Counted from the first letter of the stretch, positions 8,995 to 18,152 are shown. The stretch: 25,079 nt of DNA from a virus (IMGVR_UViG_3300011335_000179:1-25079), one strand, 5' to 3'. A program made the numbers and translations. Notes: generated by a model not told the origin, from the sequence alone.

Positions 8995-9429
8995 ATGTCA
9001 AAGATGATAGACAGTAACAAACAGAAGTTAGATTTTGCAGAGATTGCTGCAATTGCATTTGAAAATACACGTTTAACTGTGCCAAAGAAGTTTGCAATGA
9101 CAGGTGTTTTATCAGAAGTGAACCAGCCAAATACTGATGTTAAGCAAATAGGCAATACTGTATTTATTTTGCATAAAGGCGAGAATGGTCAAGGCTTTTT
9201 TAAGGCATTAAATGCTGACACAGCTGCCAACTTTGTTGCCCATAGTAAGAAGTACGTGGTATATGCTAAAAAAATGGGCATGAACATGCTAGTCACAGAG
9301 TTTGAAGACTCGGCAATTAGCAAGCTGTTTCATGCAATTGCCAAAGCTCCGCCAATGCCAGGGATGGGTTTCAAAGAATATAAAAAAGACAATGGCGGAT
9401 TTCGCATTGTGCTGAACTTGGGGAAATGA
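8995..9429 (+). CDS. Hypothetical protein, possibly GNAT-fold acyltransferase-like
   Basis: 144 aa. The YAKKMGMNMLVTE...AISKLF...MGF pattern recalls GNAT motifs, and it sits where podoviruses often carry a GNAT-like gene before ejection proteins. The fold assignment is tentative. Confidence 0.5.
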   Translation: MSKMIDSNKQKLDFAEIAAIAFENTRLTVPKKFAMTGVLSEVNQPNTDVKQIGNTVFILHKGENGQGFFKALNADTAANFVAHSKKYVVYAKKMGMNMLVTEFEDSAISKLFHAIAKAPPMPGMGFKEYKKDNGGFRIVLNLGK

Positions 9430-9430
9430 T

Positions 9431-11683
9431 ATGGGTGCAGTATCAGATGCATTAGCGGATTTTGATGACTCGGTGCGTGAGGAAGTTTCTAATGTAGGAG
9501 AAGCTATTCAAGACACGGGCCAAGCGGTTATTGATGAAGTTGTTACGCCTGTTGTTGTTGCAGTCCAGAAGACATACGATGCGTTTGAAGAAGATCCAGT
9601 AGGCACATCTTTAAAGATCGCAGCGGCTGCATCAGGTAATCCTCTATATGTGATGGCAGCCAATACGGCTGTTGCAGTTGCGCATGGTGCTGATCTTAAT
9701 GATGCTTTAGAGTCTGGTGCTAAAGCGGGTGCTACATCATGGGCTGCAAACGCTATTGCTGAATATGTTAGTACGCCTGAAGTTGGTAGTGTTCGTGGCC
9801 CTGACAATATTGATGTAGGCGGCGGCTGTAATCCCGCCACAGGCGCAGCTTCTCCTACAATACCGCTACCACCAAAAATCACAACCGAAGGCAAGGTTGC
9901 AGGCAGTACTGCTGCAAACATCATTAGAGGTCAAGACCCTTTAACTGCTTTGATGAATGGCGGCATATCTGCAGGTGTGCCATCAATTACAGCACAAATC
10001 CCTGGCTATGATGCTCTATCAAAAGCGCAACGGTCAATTGTTGATAATACAGTATCAGCAGCATTAAGAGGCGGTGACCCATCACAAGCATTAGTTGATA
10101 GCGCATTGATGGCAGGCATTGGTGAAGCAAAAGCTCAGTACAAAGAATCACAAGCATCAGGCCTAAGCGCTGGTGCTACCGGTCAGACCGAAAGCGTGTT
10201 TGATCCGACATACAGTGGTGCATTGCCTACTGCAACAGCAGAAGTCCCCGGTCGCACACAAGTAGCATCTACGGACGGTGCACTGCCTAGAGTTGAGATG
10301 TCTGGTGCGCCTATTTATGCTGAAAGTTCATCAGCAAATTCAGTGAAAGCGCCGTTTGGCTATGACTTGATGCCTGCATCAATGTCTGATCAAAAGCCTG
10401 AAGGCTCTTACTATGATCAGTTTCAGAATGCGTGGTTTACACCTAATCAAGATGCACAGAATCTTCAAGCGCAGTTACAAACTCCAGTAGCAGAAGATGT
10501 CACGCCAAAAGCTGTAACAGCAGATGCTGGTGCATTACCTGCAACACCTACATCAGAAACAGGCAATCTAGTTAATGAAACTGGTCAAATTACTGACTTT
10601 GCTAGAAACCCTGAAAACAATGAGCTGTATAAGCCATTAGGCACAAATGAGTACGGTGGTAACTATGTACCTGTGCTTGGTAGCCAAGGGTATGTGCCAG
10701 AAGTAGCGCCAACAACAATGGCAGCAACTGAGCCTGCGCCTTCAGGCGCTTTGCCAGTAACTTCAACTGAAATGCCAGTAACTACGGCTGAAGCGCCAAT
10801 GACTGAAATCCCAGAAGTTGTAGTTACCGCACCTCGGGATCCATATACTGGCGATATTCAGTTAGATCTAAGTGGTCAACCTACAACTACAGCAGCAACG
10901 CCTGTTGCAACACCTACAGCCACTGCATCTACAGCGAGTGTAGGCACATCTGCGCCTTTGTCAGCTATGCCATCAATTATGAGTGGCGGGTCCAATGTGG
11001 GCCACACAACATCGGCAACCCCATCACTAGGGGCTTTACCTACTGCGCCATCAGCAACAATGCTGGCAGCAGCCCCTTTGGAGAAACAAAATATGGTACT
11101 AAGTGAACTTACACAGCTTTACCCTCAGCTTGCAAACGTTGACCCTCGATTGCTGCAAGTCTTGTCAGGCAAATCTAAACCGGCCAGCTACTATAACTAT
11201 GGCGCATCAGGCGGTGGTGGGTCTACGCCTTTAATGAGTGCAGGAGCTGTAGCAATGCCTGCATCAGGCGTGCCTTTTAAAACACAAACGCCAATATCTA
11301 GTAATGTGGCAGGCTTAACATCTTCAACTGGTGCCGGTGCATTATCACGAGCAGGCCTTAGCATGTTAGATAGTGGCAATAGCATTTCAGGATTTGCTAA
11401 AGGCGGACTTGCTGAGCATAAGCCTGAGTTTATTACCGGAGCCACGGGCCATCATGTCAAAGGCGAAGGCGATGGGCAGTCAGACAGCATTCCTGCCATG
11501 TTAGCAGATGGTGAGTATGTCTTTGACGCAGATACGGTTGCGGCACTTGGCAATGGTTCAAATGATGCAGGTGCCGCAATTTTGGATAGAATGCGACAGA
11601 ACTTGCGCAAACACAAACGATCAGCACCAGCGGGAAAGATTCCGCCTAAAGCCAAGTCGCCTCTTGAATACATGAAAGGTTAA
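9431..11683 (+). CDS. Internal virion / ejection protein
   Basis: 750 aa, Ala/Thr/Pro/Gly low complexity, starts MG. C-terminal FAKGG...GDGQSDSIPAMLADGEYV module is seen in phage ejection/tape-measure proteins. Confidence 0.7.
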   Translation: MGAVSDALADFDDSVREEVSNVGEAIQDTGQAVIDEVVTPVVVAVQKTYDAFEEDPVGTSLKIAAAASGNPLYVMAANTAVAVAHGADLNDALESGAKAGATSWAANAIAEYVSTPEVGSVRGPDNIDVGGGCNPATGAASPTIPLPPKITTEGKVAGSTAANIIRGQDPLTALMNGGISAGVPSITAQIPGYDALSKAQRSIVDNTVSAALRGGDPSQALVDSALMAGIGEAKAQYKESQASGLSAGATGQTESVFDPTYSGALPTATAEVPGRTQVASTDGALPRVEMSGAPIYAESSSANSVKAPFGYDLMPASMSDQKPEGSYYDQFQNAWFTPNQDAQNLQAQLQTPVAEDVTPKAVTADAGALPATPTSETGNLVNETGQITDFARNPENNELYKPLGTNEYGGNYVPVLGSQGYVPEVAPTTMAATEPAPSGALPVTSTEMPVTTAEAPMTEIPEVVVTAPRDPYTGDIQLDLSGQPTTTAATPVATPTATASTASVGTSAPLSAMPSIMSGGSNVGHTTSATPSLGALPTAPSATMLAAAPLEKQNMVLSELTQLYPQLANVDPRLLQVLSGKSKPASYYNYGASGGGGSTPLMSAGAVAMPASGVPFKTQTPISSNVAGLTSSTGAGALSRAGLSMLDSGNSISGFAKGGLAEHKPEFITGATGHHVKGEGDGQSDSIPAMLADGEYVFDADTVAALGNGSNDAGAAILDRMRQNLRKHKRSAPAGKIPPKAKSPLEYMKG

Positions 11684-11685
11684 TC

Positions 11686-12747
11686 ATGGCAATTACGCAA
11701 GGCGCAGCCTTACCAAACATTACGACCACGCAGGGTCAAACAACTACCGCGCCTAGTTGGTACACAGATTACTTAAGCAATCTGGCAGGCAATGTAACCA
11801 GTCAGACTACAGGGCCAAATGCTGCTCAGTATGTAGGTGCTCAACCACTACAGCAGCAAGCATTTACTGCAGCTGGCGCATTGCCTGGGACTTATCACCC
11901 TACACTAAATCAAGCAACAGGATTGGCATCTGGTGTAGGTGAAGCCGATGTAGCATCTAATGTTAACCGCTTCATGAACCCTTACACGCAAAACGTGGTT
12001 GACGCGCTTGGTGATTTGGGTAAAAGAAACATCAATCAGTTCTTAGCACCTGCTGCAACTTCAGGCGCTGTTGGCGCTGGGCAGTTTGGTTCAAAGCGTG
12101 GTGCTGAGGTACTAGGGCAAGCAATTAATACGGGTTTGCAAAACCTAAACTTAACTCAGTCACAAGCATTGCAAACCGGCTATAGTCAAGCGCTTGCTGC
12201 AGCACAGCAAGAACAAGCTAATAGACTTGGCGCATCATCACAACTAGGTAACTTGGCCACTACAGGTCAGAACATGGGATTGGCTGACATTAACGCGCTA
12301 TCTACATTAGGCGGGCAACAGCAAACAATTGCACAAAACGAGCAGCTATTCCCATTGCAAACATTAAACACAGGTGCATCGGCTTTACGTGGCTATCAAG
12401 TTCCTACAGCAGTTAACTCAACATACACCGGACCAATCCCTGGCGCTTATTCTGCTTCTCCATTGCAGCAAATTGCAGGCATTGGCGCGTTGCTATCTGG
12501 TGCAAGCACATCAGCAAATGGTACACCTACGTCGTTTGGCAATTGGCTAGGCGGTAAGTTAACTGCTGCAGGTAGTGGCATTTCTGATATGTTTGGCGGG
12601 TCAAGTGGCACAGGGGTGAGCGGTACATCAAATAGCGATCTAAACTGGCTAATGGGTACTAGTGCAAATAATCAGTCTTATGTTGACCCAAGCACTGGTC
12701 AAATCATAGGCCAATCAACTGATCCTGCGATAGGTGAAGGAGAATAA
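11686..12747 (+). CDS. Internal virion / DNA-pilot-like ejection protein
   Basis: Gln/Gly/Ala-rich with FMNPYTQNVVD, GAGQFGSKR and GYSQAL motifs typical of podovirus pilot proteins. Confidence 0.7.
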   Translation: MAITQGAALPNITTTQGQTTTAPSWYTDYLSNLAGNVTSQTTGPNAAQYVGAQPLQQQAFTAAGALPGTYHPTLNQATGLASGVGEADVASNVNRFMNPYTQNVVDALGDLGKRNINQFLAPAATSGAVGAGQFGSKRGAEVLGQAINTGLQNLNLTQSQALQTGYSQALAAAQQEQANRLGASSQLGNLATTGQNMGLADINALSTLGGQQQTIAQNEQLFPLQTLNTGASALRGYQVPTAVNSTYTGPIPGAYSASPLQQIAGIGALLSGASTSANGTPTSFGNWLGGKLTAAGSGISDMFGGSSGTGVSGTSNSDLNWLMGTSANNQSYVDPSTGQIIGQSTDPAIGEGE

Positions 12748-12749
12748 CC

Positions 12750-14426
12750 ATGGCACTACCTACAACAGTTCCGGCAGCACCTACAATGTTAGGTGGCGAT
12801 GAAGCTGCAAAAAAAGAATACTTTGATGCATTACAGAAGACGCTAAATGCTCTTGAGATGAGGGCCAATCAAGGTCCTAATATGTACCAAGTGGCTGGCG
12901 CATTGTTTGACCCAGGGCGTACAGGTAGCTCAGGCGAAGCCATTGGTAGAGTGGCTAACGTTGTAGGCGCGCAGCAAGAACGTCAGCAAGACATGCAAAT
13001 CCCATTATCACAAATGAAGTTGCAAATTGCTGGTCAGAAATATGAAGTTGAGAATCAATCAAAAGCGTTAATGTTGCTTGCAAAAGCTATTGGCGCACCA
13101 CCTGAGCAAGTGGCACAGCAATTAGCAGATGGCACATTACCGCCTTCTGCACTTTCAAAAATAACGCCTCAGTTGTTTATGCAGATTTCAGTGCTATCGC
13201 CTAAGGTGGCAGAGATTGTTAAGAACGTGCATGGTATGGGCATTGAAGAACAAAAACTGTTTGAGTCACAACGCGCAGCTGCAGGTTCACAAGCAGGCAT
13301 GATGTCTGAAACGCCCGGTGTTGAAAACCTTATTCCTCAACGGTTTAGATTGCTTAACCCACCAGCAGCAGCACAGCCTGTTGCAAAGCCCTCTGGCCCA
13401 CCTGCTATGGTTCAACCACCTGCAGCGGCACCGGCAGCAGCGCCAGCTGTGGTACCACCTGCAGCTCCGCCTGTGGCAATAGCACCTGTTACGCCAACTG
13501 TAACAGCTGCATCGCCACTGAATGCAGTGCCTGTTGATAAGATGAAACAAGCACTTGTTGACAATGCAATTGCAAAGAGCTCAGCGCCTTCAGCAGCGCC
13601 ATCTGCTGTTGTGCCTCCGCCACCTGCATCAATGATGCTAAATAGTTCAGACATTGCGCCTACACCAAATGCCTACATTAACTCTCGCACTGGTACAGTG
13701 CCTGATGTTAAAGTTGCACAGAATGTAGCAAATACAGCAAGTAAGTTTGCGCCTCAAGTATCTTTAAAAGGTGAAGCTGAAATTGCTAAGAAACGTGTTG
13801 AAGAAGCTGATAAGCCTTGGGTTGCTAAGCGTGATGAGATCATTAATTACACACCGCAGCTTTTAGAGCAATCAAACTCTAACTTACGTAACCTTGATAC
13901 ACTTGCAACCAAGTACCCAGACGTATTTGGCTTAATGCTAAGACCAAATGGGTTAGTCACCGGACTTATGCAAGCTGCGCAAGAAGGCGCAACATTGTCA
14001 GTTAATGACTACAACGTAAGAGCAGCATTGCCTATTCGTACATTCTTACAAGGTTTAACATTAACACCTGAAAAGCAACAGGTTGTGCGCGATGTTAGTC
14101 GTATTTTGTCATCTGAGTTCTTATCCAATGTAAAAGCCAACAAAGGTTTATTAGGTATAAACCCAACCGATAATGATGCAAGACTCTTACAAGCGCCTAT
14201 GGCGTCAATTGACGACACATCTAAAGCTGTGCAGTTATGGGCACGTACACAGTTGCTATTGAATAAGCAACGTGGCTCATTGTACGGCGCTTACCAAGAC
14301 CACCTTGATACAGCTGGTCCAACTGCGCCGCCTTCAAGCTTCTTTAATCGTAATAGTTTATATGACAAAATCAATAAAGATTATTCTGACTATCGTCAGC
14401 AGTTGCTTAAACAGTTTAATCAATAA
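12750..14426 (+). CDS. Internal virion / ejection protein
   Basis: 558 aa; helical termini joined by a Pro/Ala-rich linker; located in the ejection-gene block. Confidence 0.6.
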   Translation: MALPTTVPAAPTMLGGDEAAKKEYFDALQKTLNALEMRANQGPNMYQVAGALFDPGRTGSSGEAIGRVANVVGAQQERQQDMQIPLSQMKLQIAGQKYEVENQSKALMLLAKAIGAPPEQVAQQLADGTLPPSALSKITPQLFMQISVLSPKVAEIVKNVHGMGIEEQKLFESQRAAAGSQAGMMSETPGVENLIPQRFRLLNPPAAAQPVAKPSGPPAMVQPPAAAPAAAPAVVPPAAPPVAIAPVTPTVTAASPLNAVPVDKMKQALVDNAIAKSSAPSAAPSAVVPPPPASMMLNSSDIAPTPNAYINSRTGTVPDVKVAQNVANTASKFAPQVSLKGEAEIAKKRVEEADKPWVAKRDEIINYTPQLLEQSNSNLRNLDTLATKYPDVFGLMLRPNGLVTGLMQAAQEGATLSVNDYNVRAALPIRTFLQGLTLTPEKQQVVRDVSRILSSEFLSNVKANKGLLGINPTDNDARLLQAPMASIDDTSKAVQLWARTQLLLNKQRGSLYGAYQDHLDTAGPTAPPSSFFNRNSLYDKINKDYSDYRQQLLKQFNQ

Positions 14427-14435
14427 AAGGTTTAT

Positions 14436-15437
14436 ATGACAACCATACAAGAACTAGACCCACTATTTAGAACACCGCCCGGTCAAGCGGCGTCTGATAC
14501 TTCAACAGGCTCAGACTTGTCTGCATTAGATCCAATCTTTAGCAACCCTATTGGTATTTCTACAACAACTACGGCTAAACCAGAGTCTGATAAAGGCGTT
14601 GTATTTGGGTTGCCAAAGAATGAAGAACGTGGTTTAGCTGCTGCGGCAGGCGCTGTTGCAGGTCCTTCAGTACAAAAAGTTGCAGCAGCTGCATTTCCTA
14701 CTGCTGAAGCAAGACAAGCTGAAGCCGTAAAGAAAATGCAAGAAGTTGCTAAACTGGAAGCCACAAAACAAGAGTTCATTAAGCAAGAACTTATGAAACG
14801 TGGTATTAATCCTGCAGATCTAGAATCTTCTGCTTCTAAATCGGCAGGCACTAAGTGGATGCAGAATTGGGCAGGGCAAAACAAAACAATTGCAGGTGGT
14901 GTACCTGAAGCAGCTCAAGCATATCAACGTGGCAAGGCTCAAGGGCTTGACAGTTCAAGATACGAGAAGCGGTTTGGCATGTCACCAAGAGAACCGGGCA
15001 TGCCTGTACAGTCTACTGTTGACAGAATGATTGAGCAAGGTAAGAAAGCTGAAGAACTGGCTGCAAGAACAGCACAAGCAGTGCCTCAAGCTGAAGCAGC
15101 AGCTGCTGCTAAAATGGCACAAGCCACACCCGGACCCTTATCACGTATGGGCACAATGCTAAAAGCGCCCTTTACAACAGGCGTATTAGGCGGGGCAGGT
15201 GCCGGTCTTAGCTTTTATGAGGCGTATGACAGGTACATGAAAGGTGATCATTCAGGCATGGTCATTGCAGCACTTGGCGGTGTAGGCGGCTTGATGACTA
15301 TGGTCCCAGGCTTGCAGGCACCCGGCCTTGCGTTAGGGCTAGGTTCCATCCCACTACAGTATGCCAATGACTACATCAAAAGCAATAGCGGACAGCAACC
15401 TGCTCCAACTCCAATACCTATGCCTGTTGGGCGTTGA
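14436..15437 (+). CDS. Putative internal virion protein with C-terminal Gly-rich hydrophobic helices
   Basis: 333 aa, AAAGG RBS, C-terminal GVLGGAGAGL...IAALGGVGGLMTMVPG glycine zippers. Last gene of the + arm. Confidence 0.6.
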   Translation: MTTIQELDPLFRTPPGQAASDTSTGSDLSALDPIFSNPIGISTTTTAKPESDKGVVFGLPKNEERGLAAAAGAVAGPSVQKVAAAAFPTAEARQAEAVKKMQEVAKLEATKQEFIKQELMKRGINPADLESSASKSAGTKWMQNWAGQNKTIAGGVPEAAQAYQRGKAQGLDSSRYEKRFGMSPREPGMPVQSTVDRMIEQGKKAEELAARTAQAVPQAEAAAAAKMAQATPGPLSRMGTMLKAPFTTGVLGGAGAGLSFYEAYDRYMKGDHSGMVIAALGGVGGLMTMVPGLQAPGLALGLGSIPLQYANDYIKSNSGQQPAPTPIPMPVGR

Positions 15438-15705
15438 TGATGTCAACAACTTTTTTAAGCATTGACGCTTGAAGTTGCTTGACCTCAGCTACATAGATGC
15501 TGGCGTCATCATCAAACTCTTCACTCATACCAAGTTGCAGGTCAGTCATAATGGCTTGTACGCACTTGGTCTTAGTTAAGATGCTACCCGTGTGGAAAGC
15601 CTCAATCCATACGTCATAGCTATTGGCTTGCATAGCCTCATTGCCTGTATGCTTTAGTAGCTCAATCCACTCATCATAGGTTTTTTTGATGGTGTTGTCT
15701 GTCAT
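15418..15705 (-). CDS. Hypothetical protein
   Basis: Likely start MTDNTIKK at 15705, overlapping the upstream stop (ATGA) after GGGAAAG. Confidence 0.65.
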   Translation of the reverse strand: MTDNTIKKTYDEWIELLKHTGNEAMQANSYDVWIEAFHTGSILTKTKCVQAIMTDLQLGMSEEFDDDASIYVAEVKQLQASMLKKVVDIINAQQA

Positions 15706-16406
15706 ATGTCTTTCCCTTTCGTATGAAACCACATTCTTAAACTGGTCATGCCGCCATCTATCAATACATGATTTGGAAACCGTTGGTACTTATGGTACAG
15801 TGGATGATTAATGAAGTTCTTCATTAGTAGGTAGGCATCAGCATCAGGCGGAGACATGCCCATTGCGCGGTCAGTATCAATGCAACGAACTGCAAATGTC
15901 TCACCAAACTCTTTTTCGATTGAATGCACCTGATCTCCTAGCAAACCAATAATAGTAATCCTAGGCTTAAACAGTCTATTGCCTTCATAGGCTGGGTTGT
16001 GCTTTTGTAAGCCAAAGAAATGCTCCAGCTCCTGCACGTCTTTTAGCTTACTGCGCATTTCATCAGCAATCTTATTAGCCAAATGCGTTGCAATGGCATT
16101 AATGGCATCATCTAACGGGTCAATAGCCTCTACCAGAGTAACTTGATGAGTCACAGGGGCCTCAGTTACAGAAGCTATAGGGGTCTTTATAGGCTTAATG
16201 CCTTCTAAGGTTCTAGCCCTTACTTCTTTGGTGATGTCAGCACAGCTTGAAGGGCTGTTTACAGGCCTTTGGCGGTGTATAGGTAGCACTAGCTTTTGCG
16301 CAGCCTTAACTGCCTCAAGCAATTTATAGCTTCTAAAATGCCTAAGCTCAACTGCTTGCGCAATTACAGCCTCTCGTTCTTCATGTGTCCAGAAAACTTT
16401 TGTCAT
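15702..16406 (-). CDS. Hypothetical protein with C-terminal small Rossmann-like (DUF2325-like) domain
   Basis: GAAAGG RBS; C-terminal RITIIG...ADAYLLMKNFINH...GGMTSL pattern. Confidence 0.6.
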   Translation of the reverse strand: MTKVFWTHEEREAVIAQAVELRHFRSYKLLEAVKAAQKLVLPIHRQRPVNSPSSCADITKEVRARTLEGIKPIKTPIASVTEAPVTHQVTLVEAIDPLDDAINAIATHLANKIADEMRSKLKDVQELEHFFGLQKHNPAYEGNRLFKPRITIIGLLGDQVHSIEKEFGETFAVRCIDTDRAMGMSPPDADAYLLMKNFINHPLYHKYQRFPNHVLIDGGMTSLRMWFHTKGKDI

Positions 16407-16424
16407 AAATACCTTTCAATAGTC

Positions 16425-16443
16425 AAAAAATGTGGTTGCCCAC
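16425..16443 (-). terminator. Possible weak intrinsic terminator
   Basis: Minus strand reads GTGG-GCAA-CCAC then ATTTTTT, just after the thymidylate synthase homolog stop. The stem is only 4 bp. Confidence 0.35.
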
Positions 16444-16450
16444 GGAAAAA

Positions 16451-17233
16451 TTATACATTTAAAAGCCACTTTGAGAAGGCAAATTCAGGGTTTACGCTCT
16501 TCTCAATCAAGACGTGAGCTTCATACCTACTGATTCTAGGCGGCGCATCAGCTACAGGCACATGCTCTTCATTGCTAAGAATACTATTGAACATAGTCAT
16601 TCTGGATTCATATACGTGGAATGAACCGGCAGAGATTGTTAGTGTCCCCATTTCAACGTTAAGCAAAGTAGCCACAATTTCTTGCAGGAATGAGAAAGTA
16701 GGCAGGTCGTTTGCCATGCCCCACAAGATGTCTTGGCTTCTCATGATTGCACGAGCATTAAGCCTACCATTTCGTAGTCTGAATTCTATGGCAATAGTGC
16801 AAGGCACGTCTTTGGCTTCAGGGTCCATGTGGTCAGCACTGGAACCATACATTGGAATGACAGCCCTACGGCTCATAGGATCCTTAGTCAGTACCCGCTG
16901 AATAAACTTAATGCCATGTACACCAAACCAGTAGCTGCCATAGTTGCTGTTAAGTTTGCCATTGAGAACTATCTTGCCCCACTGTGCAGCATGCTCAGCA
17001 ATAGACAGGTCGGTTGGATCGGCGTGAATGTACCAAGCCATTTCACGCTTGAGGTACTTAACATTGAAGTTACGACCTACAAAGGAATTGAACCTTACAA
17101 AGGGGTTGCAAGTATAGGAGACATTCTCAAGCTCTAGGCACCTTTCACCATTTGGGCTTGACCACTGGCCTTGGTTTGCAAGAACCTTGTATAGGTCAAT
17201 TAGTTGCGCTTCATTTTTAATCTTGAGGTCCAT
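16451..17233 (-). CDS. Thymidylate synthase-family enzyme, probable dCMP hydroxymethylase-like
   Basis: SRRAV, KDVPCT (catalytic Cys), MRSQDILWGMANDLPTF and GSFHVY. Has Asp where dUMP-specific ThyA has Asn. Confidence 0.85.
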   Translation of the reverse strand: MDLKIKNEAQLIDLYKVLANQGQWSSPNGERCLELENVSYTCNPFVRFNSFVGRNFNVKYLKREMAWYIHADPTDLSIAEHAAQWGKIVLNGKLNSNYGSYWFGVHGIKFIQRVLTKDPMSRRAVIPMYGSSADHMDPEAKDVPCTIAIEFRLRNGRLNARAIMRSQDILWGMANDLPTFSFLQEIVATLLNVEMGTLTISAGSFHVYESRMTMFNSILSNEEHVPVADAPPRISRYEAHVLIEKSVNPEFAFSKWLLNV

Positions 17234-18152
17234 ACTCTAACTCCGTGATGTGGTAAGGTTGATTAGGATAATTTTGCATGTGGTACAAAGGCGGTGGCAG
17301 CTTTTGTGCCTGCACGCTGTTGTTTAAAGACCACGTATAAGCATTGTTGCCTAGGGCATAAATACGAGCTGGCTTTAGCTTACGAAGAAACAAAACATCT
17401 GTAGGCGTACCTTGATAGGATTGCGTGTTGATCCAGTAGCATTGGTTCTCAGATATACCTTCACGTTCTAAAGTATCAGCCAACATGCGGCTTGGGCCAT
17501 CATTGTCTAAGAAGTTAATGAAGGGGACTATGGCTGCACCGGCCTTTATGTTAGCTCTAGGGCCCTTATCACAAAGCATTAGGTAATTACCTTCCTTAAA
17601 GCAACCGCCACCTTCAGCCTCATTCTGAATGCTTGCAGCCTTGATCTTTTCTATCAGATCATCTACTTCATCGTATTGGTAGTCATAGTGCACAACGGGT
17701 AATGAGGTCTGGTACTTTAGCGTTTCATACTCGTTATAGACCGCACTAAGCTGTGTAACAGTATCAAGGTATTCATGATCTTGTCTGTCTACAAAGGTAT
17801 TGACGCATAAAGTAAAGTCAGGCTGGCAATGCACGACCACACCACCACGAGATAGTGCTACTCTTTCCAGCATACGTTTCCTAGGCATATCCACACGGTT
17901 GGCACCCTTGCGATAAACAGTGCCGTAGATAGGCTCTGACAGCCAGCAACGATCCATGATAACATGGTCATTGTATGTAAGGGCCTGCGACATAGCGCGA
18001 AAGTATGTCTTACATAGCTCTTCAGCAACTAGGCCTTTGAAAGGGCCATGCTTAACAATTTGCGTCATGCGGTCTTGTTGAAAATGCTGTCGCAAAGCTT
18101 CTGATAAAGTTGTTTTGCCTGCTCCGTCAGGGCCTTCAAGTATGATGATCAT
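17217..18152 (-). CDS. dNMP (thymidylate-type) kinase fused to degenerate UDG-like domain
   Basis: IILEGPDGAGKTT P-loop and MDRCWLSEPIYG. C-terminal PF...L...GI....YWIN...KPARIYALGNNA resembles the UDG superfamily fold. Confidence 0.75.
   Translation of the reverse strand: MIIILEGPDGAGKTTLSEALRQHFQQDRMTQIVKHGPFKGLVAEELCKTYFRAMSQALTYNDHVIMDRCWLSEPIYGTVYRKGANRVDMPRKRMLERVALSRGGVVVHCQPDFTLCVNTFVDRQDHEYLDTVTQLSAVYNEYETLKYQTSLPVVHYDYQYDEVDDLIEKIKAASIQNEAEGGGCFKEGNYLMLCDKGPRANIKAGAAIVPFINFLDNDGPSRMLADTLEREGISENQCYWINTQSYQGTPTDVLFLRKLKPARIYALGNNAYTWSLNNSVQAQKLPPPLYHMQNYPNQPYHITELEYGPQD

Noticed and set aside
13360-13630. Pro/Ala-rich repeat-like segment
   Set aside because: Low-complexity protein linker without exact DNA repeat units.
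3219-14884. Many antisense ORFs in the + arm (e.g. 9508-9924, 14483-14884, 8784-9155)
   Set aside because: They lie fully opposite well-supported genes and show no motifs; expected from codon bias.
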